DNA from: an uncultured virus (IMG/VR IMGVR_UViG_3300023117_001979)
Taxonomy: Duplodnaviria > Heunggongvirae > Uroviricota > Caudoviricetes
Direction: 5' to 3' (one strand)
Length of the DNA stretch: 64,000 nt
IMG/VR virus record: IMGVR_UViG_3300023117_001979
A program made the position numbers and the translations under genes. Shown here one piece after another: positions 9,660 to 17,771 of this stretch (position 1 is the stretch's first letter; each line of letters begins with the position of its first letter). The notes under the pieces are model-generated. The model made no database searches and was not told where the DNA came from. It saw only the letters and a list, made by a program, of their open reading frames with translations.

Positions 9660-9841
9660 AATGACATTTGTGTTCCGTACTACGATTCGATGACGAAGTT
9701 AAACATATGCATTTGCAAAAGTAAGCTCAATTTATGCCCAGGAGTGTAAAGTGCATAAATACAAATCCATTTTACGACTTTCCTATCATGTAAAATGAAA
9801 CCGACCAGTCATTTTCTTTATGTTCATGGTGAAACTCTCGT

Positions 9842-10204
9842 ATGTTCATGCAGGCAACAACTGATACTGTAATTGTACGCGGACCCGACGGTGAGCCAAT
9901 CACTTTGAACAATGTAATTACCCTAGACACAGACTTCGGATTGATGATTAAAGGTGAAGATAAGGTTGAGATTTATACCTGGGAAAATGTCCTCTACCGG
10001 TGTTGGACTGACTTGAAAGCTCGTGAAGCAGTTTGGGCAGAAGCTCTTGCAGAAATTATTGCTGACGCTTTCGACGACGAGTGGGATGATGAGTTTGAAG
10101 ATGAAGAAGAGGAACCCGTCAAGCCCAAAGTCAAGAAAGAAGAGCCAAAGGCAGAAGAAGCAAGTGACAAAGATGACCCAAATGTTAATCCTTACAGCCA
10201 ATGA
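9842..10204 (+). CDS. Hypothetical acidic protein, probably leaderless
   Basis: TTTAT box about 25 nt upstream of ATG; heads an operon running to 13278. Confidence 0.65.
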   Translation: MFMQATTDTVIVRGPDGEPITLNNVITLDTDFGLMIKGEDKVEIYTWENVLYRCWTDLKAREAVWAEALAEIIADAFDDEWDDEFEDEEEEPVKPKVKKEEPKAEEASDKDDPNVNPYSQ

Positions 10205-10213
10205 GGTGTTTAA

Positions 10214-10684
10214 TTGCAACCCGAAGATTACATTCCTCCAAACCTCGATGCGTTACTAACTACGCACCAAAAGAGCATGGAGGCTGCATACTTAGCTCTA
10301 AAGGCTAACCCCTATCGGGCCGATGAACACATTAACACAATGCGTAAAGAAATTATCTCAACGCTAGTCACACTTATGGAAGCCAATATCCCAGTGGCTA
10401 TCCCCAAGAAAGAGCGCACACTTACTGATATTTTACAAGAAGCAGCCGCCGAATCTGCATCTATGCTTGGGTCTAATGCAGTAGCGAAAGGTGTGTCCTT
10501 TTTCCGCGATGTTAAAGAAAACATTCACAAGTCCAAGAACGCTATCCCAAGTGACGCTGAGGAAATTGTGATTTACGAAGATGAAGAAACTGGGGAGCTT
10601 TTCTTCATTGACACAGATGGAAACGAAGTAGTCTGTGATGAAAACGGCTTCCCACTCGAAGAGGATGATAACGATGATGAATGA
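10214..10684 (+). CDS. Hypothetical protein
   Basis: GAGGTG RBS before a TTG start. Confidence 0.65.
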   Translation: MQPEDYIPPNLDALLTTHQKSMEAAYLALKANPYRADEHINTMRKEIISTLVTLMEANIPVAIPKKERTLTDILQEAAAESASMLGSNAVAKGVSFFRDVKENIHKSKNAIPSDAEEIVIYEDEETGELFFIDTDGNEVVCDENGFPLEEDDNDDE

Positions 10685-10883
10685 AATGGTAGTCAAGCAC
10701 CTTAAAAATTTGAAAGACGGATATGCTAACCGAATGGACCAACTGCTACAAATGAAAGAGCAGCTAGAGAACCAGGTCGAACAAGCAACAGCCAATCTAG
10801 AGTTGCTCCAACAAGAAGTTGACCTTGTTAAGGAAAACCTCGATGAAGTCAATCAGATGATAGGCGAAGATGAGGAGGAGTGA
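10635..10883 (+). CDS. Small coiled-coil protein (true start probably near 10674)
   Basis: Heptad-rich; translational coupling with neighbours. Confidence 0.55.
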   Translation: MMKTASHSKRMITMMNEMVVKHLKNLKDGYANRMDQLLQMKEQLENQVEQATANLELLQQEVDLVKENLDEVNQMIGEDEEE

Positions 10884-12427
10884 ACATGGAAGACATAGAT
10901 ATGGACATGGGCAATAGTGACGGCCCCCAAAGTGAATGGGACCGACTTAGCTCGCAAGAACGGAAAGAATTGCTTCGAGCAGTTTTTGACGACAGTGAGT
11001 GGTATGATGGACCACCTTACCACGAAGGAGGTATGTACCACCCAGCACTAGGAGAAATTTCTTCAAAGCTTGGGTGTACCACTAGCGACATTAAGATGTA
11101 TTACGCTGCTTGGCTCCAAGCTAAAGGGTTTAGCAAAGAGCAAATTCAAGAGGCACTAAAAAGCGTACCAAAAACCAATGCCTTTTCAGATGTTGCCCCA
11201 GTAGTCTCTCCACTCCCCGACTCAATCAAAGTCGAGCCATCTAACGCATACAAACAACAAATGCAAAAAATGGAGTCCGAGGCCTTTTCAGACCCCAGTG
11301 TGGACAACGGAATGTTTTCTGTACAAGGTATGCCGACCCCAAGTGGTGGCGACTCAGTCTCTAACTCTATGAGTGCCATGATGCAGTTTATGATGATGCA
11401 ACAGCAAATTGCTGCTCGACAACAACATCAGCAACAAATGATGATGATGGAACAGCGCCGTCTTGACCAGCAAAGAGAATCCGAGCTTCGTCGCGAACAA
11501 CAGGCCCGTGACCAACAATTCTCCATGCAACAAATGAGCTTTATGCGAGAAATGCTACGCACCAAAGACAATGATGGCTTCTTCGACTCCGACATGAAGG
11601 GTATCTTCAAACAAAAGATGGTCGAAAATCTTCTAGATGGCGGAAGCTCTAACGAAAGTGCTCTTGAACGAGTAGCCGGGCGACTTCTGCAACCCGAAAT
11701 TTTGGGCGCAGTAGCTACTGGCGCTAGCGCAGCATTGGCTAAGAATCAGCCAGTCCGCCCTGCTGGGTATGATAGCCCCAACTACGACCCATATGCAGGT
11801 ACGCCTGTAAACACACCACCGCCCTTGCCACCAAGCCAACCAGTACCGTTCCAGGAGCCACAATTATCTACACCACCATCTAATGACATGTTCTTCGGAG
11901 AAAGCGAAGAAGAAGAAGATGGCAATAACTACGAAGAAGAAATTTTGGAAATGCAACCAAAACCTGACGAGTTTAAGGTAGCAATCATGGAACAGTTGAA
12001 AGCACAAATGGGTAGTGAATTGGAAGACCCTAAGAAGCTCCAAGCAGTACAACAACAGGTTTCAATTGCTGTTGACAATGTAATGGTTGAACATTCAAAC
12101 TACACAGTTGAGCAGAAACTAGAAGAAATTTCAAAGCGACTGGCATTCATTCGCTCAATTCGCGATATTGCACAAGGCCTGGAAAAGGCCATGCTAGAGG
12201 TACAGAACGGAACACCGGAAGGGGTTGTCCGTTCATACATCATTAGTCAGCTTAAGCAAAACCCGGTGTTTTGGGAAATCTTTTCACAAAACAACTACAC
12301 TGAGTTAATGGGACTTATCCAACCGTATGTCGAAACAGGCGGAGTCAAGTTTGACTATCAATTCCTTAGCCGTCCTGAAGTAGCAGACTTTTGCTCGCAA
12401 ATCATTAGTGAAATCCACGCACAATAG
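10880..12427 (+). CDS. Gln/Met/Pro-rich low-complexity protein
   Basis: 515 aa; MMQFMMMQQQ tract, Pro-rich and acidic segments; GAGGAG RBS. Confidence 0.75.
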   Translation: MNMEDIDMDMGNSDGPQSEWDRLSSQERKELLRAVFDDSEWYDGPPYHEGGMYHPALGEISSKLGCTTSDIKMYYAAWLQAKGFSKEQIQEALKSVPKTNAFSDVAPVVSPLPDSIKVEPSNAYKQQMQKMESEAFSDPSVDNGMFSVQGMPTPSGGDSVSNSMSAMMQFMMMQQQIAARQQHQQQMMMMEQRRLDQQRESELRREQQARDQQFSMQQMSFMREMLRTKDNDGFFDSDMKGIFKQKMVENLLDGGSSNESALERVAGRLLQPEILGAVATGASAALAKNQPVRPAGYDSPNYDPYAGTPVNTPPPLPPSQPVPFQEPQLSTPPSNDMFFGESEEEEDGNNYEEEILEMQPKPDEFKVAIMEQLKAQMGSELEDPKKLQAVQQQVSIAVDNVMVEHSNYTVEQKLEEISKRLAFIRSIRDIAQGLEKAMLEVQNGTPEGVVRSYIISQLKQNPVFWEIFSQNNYTELMGLIQPYVETGGVKFDYQFLSRPEVADFCSQIISEIHAQ

Positions 12428-12435
12428 GTGATTGA

Positions 12436-13278
12436 ATGTCTTGGGAAATGGAAGAAATGACCATAGAAGACGCCAAAGAAAAGTTTGGTAAAACAAATTG
12501 GCCAGGGTGGGTTTATGCCCTCCTATTCTTCCTCCCCGCAACTACAACCTTTGGAATCATGTATTTTGCAGTGCAAATGGATGCTCTCTTCTCCGGGATA
12601 GTTGCATTAGCAATTATGAATGGGTCGATTAACTCAGTGATTGCTTATATTACTATTAGGCTTGATGACAAGAGTAGTGAATCACTACAACACCTAGAAT
12701 TCATCAATAAAGAAATGGACAAGCTTGAAAGTACTTTAGAAGACGCCAATCAAAAAGTCGCAGGTTTTACTTCCGACCTAGAGGAGGCAAAGGATATTTT
12801 CCGCAAAGTCGGTGTCGACCTTACGGAGTTAGACCTTGATAGCGTAGCCGAAGTGGTTGAAAAGCTAAAAGAAAATAAAGAAGGACTTGGGGAAGTACTA
12901 GACAATCTCAAGCACATAGAAGTCAGCGAATATATCGACCAAGCAAAGCGAATCAACTGGAAGCAACTCCTTTCTGCCGCAGAAGAAATTATGGGCTTCA
13001 TCCAAGCAAGGAGTGAAGAAAAAATCCCTGAGCCACTAAAATTAGACACCTCCAACATAACCATCTCCGAAGTGCCTAGCTTACCCGAAGAAGAAGAGGA
13101 CTTGGAGTGGGTCCAGTACGCTACGCCAAACTTAGAAGGTAATTATTCATTGATGGACGAAGAAGAAGAAGAGCCAGTCAGGGAAATTAAAATTCCAAAA
13201 CCAACACCCAGGCTGAAGCGAGATAAAAAGCGACTAACTAGAGATTCAGCTCCTCGACCTTCACTACGGCGAGATTGA
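12436..13278 (+). CDS. Membrane protein (two N-terminal TM segments) with coiled coil
   Basis: Hydrophobic WVYALLFFLP... and LFSGIVALAI...; AGGTGA RBS. Confidence 0.7.
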   Translation: MSWEMEEMTIEDAKEKFGKTNWPGWVYALLFFLPATTTFGIMYFAVQMDALFSGIVALAIMNGSINSVIAYITIRLDDKSSESLQHLEFINKEMDKLESTLEDANQKVAGFTSDLEEAKDIFRKVGVDLTELDLDSVAEVVEKLKENKEGLGEVLDNLKHIEVSEYIDQAKRINWKQLLSAAEEIMGFIQARSEEKIPEPLKLDTSNITISEVPSLPEEEEDLEWVQYATPNLEGNYSLMDEEEEEPVREIKIPKPTPRLKRDKKRLTRDSAPRPSLRRD

Positions 13279-13678
13279 CATAAGGAGCTTCTCCTTGAGG
13301 CACGATTACTTTATCCATTAGCACCTTTACAATTTCTGAGTCCCGGTGGTATACGATACCTTCCATAGCATCGATTACGCCCTTGTATAAGTTGTCTAAG
13401 TCAGGGCGCTTCATGTGCCACATCATTGGTTTAGGGTTCTTACGGTGCTGGCTTTTTGGTAGTGGAAAGCCAAATCGAATTTTAACCATTAACGGACCAT
13501 CTAACGGAGTATCTAAGCCATGTTCTTTCATAGCTTTCTGTGCATAATCAGCCACGAAGGCCTTCCATGTCCTACTTTTTGGGGGGTCATATGCACGAGC
13601 AAACCCTCCTCGACTACTTAGCCGAGGCCTGCCCTGAGCAATTGGTTCAGCTGGTATGCTAATTAGTACCTTAACCAT
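13238..13678 (-). CDS. rusA: RusA-family Holliday junction resolvase
   Basis: PIAQGRPR, AYDP, KRPDLDNLYKGVIDAMEGIVYHRDSEIV catalytic motif. Confidence 0.9.
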   Translation of the reverse strand: MVKVLISIPAEPIAQGRPRLSSRGGFARAYDPPKSRTWKAFVADYAQKAMKEHGLDTPLDGPLMVKIRFGFPLPKSQHRKNPKPMMWHMKRPDLDNLYKGVIDAMEGIVYHRDSEIVKVLMDKVIVPQGEAPYVNLAVVKVEELNL

Positions 13679-13748
13679 GCATAGGCACTTTTCCCGCTGA
13701 CCTTAATACTTGGGTCACAATTAAGACATATGGTAGTATGGCCTTACT

Positions 13749-14459
13749 ATGGCCGACCGTATTCTGCGTGTTCGATACGGAGACAATGTTTCTCCTGAAC
13801 AGCGTTTCAAGTCGGTAGTCAAGTATTTGGTTGAGCTTATCGAAGATGGATTGCGTGATGAATATGTTCGTCAAAAAGCAATAAGCATTCTAAACCAAGC
13901 AGGCATTCATAGAGGACATAATGAGTTAGCTGAAATAAAGGCTATCGTCAAATGGGTGCAAAATAATGTTCGCTATGTCAAAGACCCTATCAATGTTGAG
14001 TACTTCATGACTGCGAGGCGACTAATCAAAGATGTTGAGGAAGGTCGGAGCGCAGCTGACTGTGATGATTTCGTAATCCTCGCTGGGGCACTATTGGGCT
14101 CTATTGGCTACCCAAGTGGTGCATTGATATGCGATTCAAATAATGATGGCGTGTTCAACCATGTCATGCTCCTAACACGAACCACTGCACCAACTAAGGA
14201 ATTTGGCTCTAAATGGATTCCCTGTGAGCTCATTTTCCCAAGCTTCAAATTAGGACAATCAGTAAAAATTAGCTCTGTGTACCCTTTAATTGCTGACCCC
14301 GGCAGCACTAGGGTGCCAGTAATGAAAAGACAAATCGCCGGACTTTCAGGAGTACCGACGCATTCATTTGGTAGTGGCGCTTCCCCTGGTTTAGGCGCAC
14401 TTACGCCGCGACCTATTGTATGGGCAAAACAGCTAGGTTTTTTAGGAGGAAGAAAGTAA
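13749..14459 (+). CDS. Transglutaminase-like (papain-fold) cysteine protease, candidate virion maturation protease
   Basis: WVQNNVRYVKDP, AADCDDFVILAGALLGSIG, FNHV, WIPCE give a Cys-His-Glu triad; first gene of the structural block. Confidence 0.8.
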   Translation: MADRILRVRYGDNVSPEQRFKSVVKYLVELIEDGLRDEYVRQKAISILNQAGIHRGHNELAEIKAIVKWVQNNVRYVKDPINVEYFMTARRLIKDVEEGRSAADCDDFVILAGALLGSIGYPSGALICDSNNDGVFNHVMLLTRTTAPTKEFGSKWIPCELIFPSFKLGQSVKISSVYPLIADPGSTRVPVMKRQIAGLSGVPTHSFGSGASPGLGALTPRPIVWAKQLGFLGGRK

Positions 14460-14830
14460 TGCATAAGCCATTCATGGGAGTTAACGCGGATAGCGAAGAT
14501 GGCCCAATCTTTGTACAAACAATGAATCAATCAGATAGTGGAAAACTAGTTTCCAACCTAGGTAATACTGATATGAAAGACTTCAAAACGGGGACTTCAG
14601 CTATGGAAATTGTCAACTCCCCGTCCGTAAGGAAAGAATTTAGCCTGGGTAGTGGCCCATCAGCGTCCACTAGCCCCGGTTCACCCACTCCAGCAACAAG
14701 AGTTGCACCTATTAAGTCCAAAAGAATGGGCGCTATTGATATGCGTAGCGGAGAATTTTGGGGAGTAGTAGGTCTTGGCTTTGCTGCTGGAATACTAGGA
14801 AAACACCTGTTTGACACATATGTGAAGTGA
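14459..14830 (+). CDS. Small putative virion membrane protein
   Basis: Likely start ATG 14459 coupled to the upstream stop; C-terminal TM FWGVVGLGFAAGILG; several [LFM]G motifs. Confidence 0.65.
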   Translation: MHKPFMGVNADSEDGPIFVQTMNQSDSGKLVSNLGNTDMKDFKTGTSAMEIVNSPSVRKEFSLGSGPSASTSPGSPTPATRVAPIKSKRMGAIDMRSGEFWGVVGLGFAAGILGKHLFDTYVK

Positions 14831-14834
14831 TATT

Positions 14835-15506
14835 ATGAGAACAAACCATCAATTAGCAAAACTCAAAGCCCATTCCCTAGGGAATATTGCCATTTTTGGC
14901 GACACCTATGAAAATGGAATCTTCTCGAAAATTAGTACCTTTGGGGGCGTACCAAAAGCCATCAAAGCACGGCGCGCCCAATCAGGCCGAGGTGTGGCGC
15001 TGGTATCAAGGAGTGATTCATTGAAGGATAATTTCCTGGTACCGACTCCTAGGTCCTCAGTTTCTCCTTCACGCGCAGCTCGCTCTTACGCTATGCCTGC
15101 GTCCGCTGACCTCTTTGACGCAGATTTCGCAGAAAGTGATTCAACTCTAGTCGGTAAAGCACTTCTAACATACACGGAATGGGATGCGGGAAACCCACCA
15201 CCTCGTACTGAGCAAGAGCTAATTGGTCGCCAAAATGCGTATGATGCTTACAAGTCAGCATGGAAAAGTGCTAACTCAACCAGCTCCACTCTTGGTAGCG
15301 GCCCTGCTAGTGCGGCTTACTTCGGTAGCGACCCTTCATTTGTCCGTAAAGAAGGAGGAATCATGAATTCTGTTACGACCTTTGGTAATGCAGATGCAGA
15401 TGCAGAAGAGCATAGCCATGTCCCTCAGTATCTTGCTGGTAGCGGTGGTACTGTACTTGCTCTTTTAGCCGGTTATTTTGCCCTGAAGTGGACCCGTCGT
15501 ATCTGA
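14835..15506 (+). CDS. Putative virion membrane protein
   Basis: C-terminal TM; repeated SLGN/IFGD/TFGG/TLGS/YFGS/TFGN motifs. Confidence 0.65.
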   Translation: MRTNHQLAKLKAHSLGNIAIFGDTYENGIFSKISTFGGVPKAIKARRAQSGRGVALVSRSDSLKDNFLVPTPRSSVSPSRAARSYAMPASADLFDADFAESDSTLVGKALLTYTEWDAGNPPPRTEQELIGRQNAYDAYKSAWKSANSTSSTLGSGPASAAYFGSDPSFVRKEGGIMNSVTTFGNADADAEEHSHVPQYLAGSGGTVLALLAGYFALKWTRRI

Positions 15507-15507
15507 G

Positions 15508-16218
15508 GTGCTCAGGTTGCTCGGCCAGGGACAATCAAGTGACCAGGCTCCGACCTGGCAAGACCCAGCGTACAAGCTGCGTCCGTCGACTCAATTTAGT
15601 TCCTATCTGAAGCAAAACACGGCTTTCCTCCTCAAGATGTATGATAAGGCATACAATGAGTACTTGGAAGCCGAAAAGCAGGTAGTAATCGCCCAAGGAA
15701 AGGTGGACCAGGCAAATATCCGTATTGCGCAGCTTGCAAAGGAAAAACAAGACATTTACGGTCAGCGTTCACAATACAAAGTAGCTTACGAGAAGGAACT
15801 GAGTAATTCTTACGCTCTCCAGCAAAACCTAACAACGGCTACGCAGCAAAGGGACGAGCTCCGAAACCGCCTCCAAAATGCCGGGCTAGCTACAAATGTA
15901 GACCTCAGCATGGTAATGATGGACTACGAGGCAGCAAAGTCTCAGCGAGATAATGCACAAGCAGCCCTCAGAGCCCTTCAAAACGAACATAACGATGCAC
16001 TAAAACAGCTTAGCGAAGTCGATAATCGGATTAATGCCGCAGTTGCTGCCAATAATAAAATGCACAGCAAAGAAAGTCCAATGGAGAGCTACTCAAAAAT
16101 GCAAATGAAGACTCTCAAAAGTATGGGGATTGGCTCTATTAGTAATCGCCAAAGTTTCGGGCTAGCAGGCCTTACTATGTTACTAGGTATTACTGCTATT
16201 ATCGGGAGGGTTGAATAA
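15508..16218 (+). CDS. Coiled-coil protein with C-terminal TM anchor
   Basis: Long heptad region; FGLAGLTMLLGITAII tail. Confidence 0.65.
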   Translation: MLRLLGQGQSSDQAPTWQDPAYKLRPSTQFSSYLKQNTAFLLKMYDKAYNEYLEAEKQVVIAQGKVDQANIRIAQLAKEKQDIYGQRSQYKVAYEKELSNSYALQQNLTTATQQRDELRNRLQNAGLATNVDLSMVMMDYEAAKSQRDNAQAALRALQNEHNDALKQLSEVDNRINAAVAANNKMHSKESPMESYSKMQMKTLKSMGIGSISNRQSFGLAGLTMLLGITAIIGRVE

Positions 16219-17771
16219 TGATTCGAAGCTTACAAGAGGTTGACACACTCAACATGACTATCAAAAAAGTTGACCTGCAAATTACAAAAATGCAGCGAGC
16301 AATTCGACGAAACCTCGTCCCCAATGTAGGTATCGCGCGAAAGCAACTAGAGATGTTGGTTCGCCAAAACAATGAACGAAAGGCGTACCTACACTATAAC
16401 CGTGGTCAAATTGAAGCTCTTTATCAAAGTACAGGAGGGCGTTTTACTCCTCTCCGCAACTCATTCATTACCCCTGATGGCCCTAAGTATAAGGGCGATA
16501 AGCGTAAACCATTCGTGTCAATCAATGACATGAAAGTAAAAACACCACAAACTCCAGCTTTAGCTCCACCACCTTCGCAGATTAAGAAGCAGTTACCACC
16601 GCCACCCGAAGTTATTGTAACCCCTCGCCCCATTAGTGTTCCTTCTGTCATTGAAAATAAACAAGCCCTCAATCGAGCCGCAGACAACCTCCGCCAAGAG
16701 CAGCTTGCCATTCAACAACGGGTTACACAAGCTGTAAAACAGAAAAAAGACGCTATCCGCGATGCGGAGTTAACAAAACAAGGCAAAGTTGACTTAGTAA
16801 TGAAGCGTCGTCAATCAGAAAAAAGGAGGCGACTCAATGAGCAGCGCCGACGACAACAACAAACAGGGCAACAAAGGCTAAACGATATGGTCTCAAATGC
16901 CCAAACTGCAGTACAAAGAGCCCAGCAACAAGCACAACGAATAGCAACTGACAAAGCATCACGCCGTCAAAGCACTCCAGTTAGCCCACCAGTATCGAGA
17001 AATCTACTGCAAGCCCAGCAACAAGCCCAGCAACAAGCACAAATTCTTTCTCAGTCTGATAAAAAGCGTACTCAGAACATCAACCAAGCTATTCGCAGTA
17101 AGAGCGAGGTAAATGAGAAAGCTATGAAGGAGCAATTTACTGAAGATTCCCGACAAGCAAAGCCACAAAAGGTTGGACCATCCGAAGAATTTAATCAATT
17201 TTTGAAACAAGCAAGTCAGTTGTATAGCAGTATCATGGAAGAAATTCAACAAGCTAAGGCAGGTAAGGGCTCATTTGGAGTCCATTACGAAAACCTAGGC
17301 ACAAAGAGGGGGGACTTTTGGGTAAACAAAGGTCAGGCATTTGTGACGCAACTTTACAATGATGTGAAAAACGATTTAACCCGCTGGGAACAAGGAGCTC
17401 TTAGTGCGGGAGTTGCCGTTAGCACTGACTCCCGTAGCCAAGCCAAAAGGAAAATGTCTATGCAAGAATTCGAAATGTACATTGAAAGTAAATACATGCC
17501 AAAAGTCGAAGAATTCATGAACAAACTAGGGGAAGAAAGTAGGCAAGCATTCAATCAAAGAAAAGCAGCTAGCCAACCAAAACAAACAAAGGTTGCCCTC
17601 AAAGAGTCTCTAGATGTAGGGCGACAGCGTATTTTGTCCGCTGCCGACAAAGCTCGTTCTCGCGGACGCCCAGTACAAACTGAGCAGCAGGGTCGCCAAA
17701 GCCAATCAGCACTTTTAGGCAGTTTATTCCCTGCACTGCGTAGCAGCATGCAGGGGGTACTTCGTAAATGA
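16218..17771 (+). CDS. Basic Gln/Arg-rich coiled-coil protein, putative structural
   Basis: 517 aa, translationally coupled on both sides. Confidence 0.7.
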   Translation: MIRSLQEVDTLNMTIKKVDLQITKMQRAIRRNLVPNVGIARKQLEMLVRQNNERKAYLHYNRGQIEALYQSTGGRFTPLRNSFITPDGPKYKGDKRKPFVSINDMKVKTPQTPALAPPPSQIKKQLPPPPEVIVTPRPISVPSVIENKQALNRAADNLRQEQLAIQQRVTQAVKQKKDAIRDAELTKQGKVDLVMKRRQSEKRRRLNEQRRRQQQTGQQRLNDMVSNAQTAVQRAQQQAQRIATDKASRRQSTPVSPPVSRNLLQAQQQAQQQAQILSQSDKKRTQNINQAIRSKSEVNEKAMKEQFTEDSRQAKPQKVGPSEEFNQFLKQASQLYSSIMEEIQQAKAGKGSFGVHYENLGTKRGDFWVNKGQAFVTQLYNDVKNDLTRWEQGALSAGVAVSTDSRSQAKRKMSMQEFEMYIESKYMPKVEEFMNKLGEESRQAFNQRKAASQPKQTKVALKESLDVGRQRILSAADKARSRGRPVQTEQQGRQSQSALLGSLFPALRSSMQGVLRK

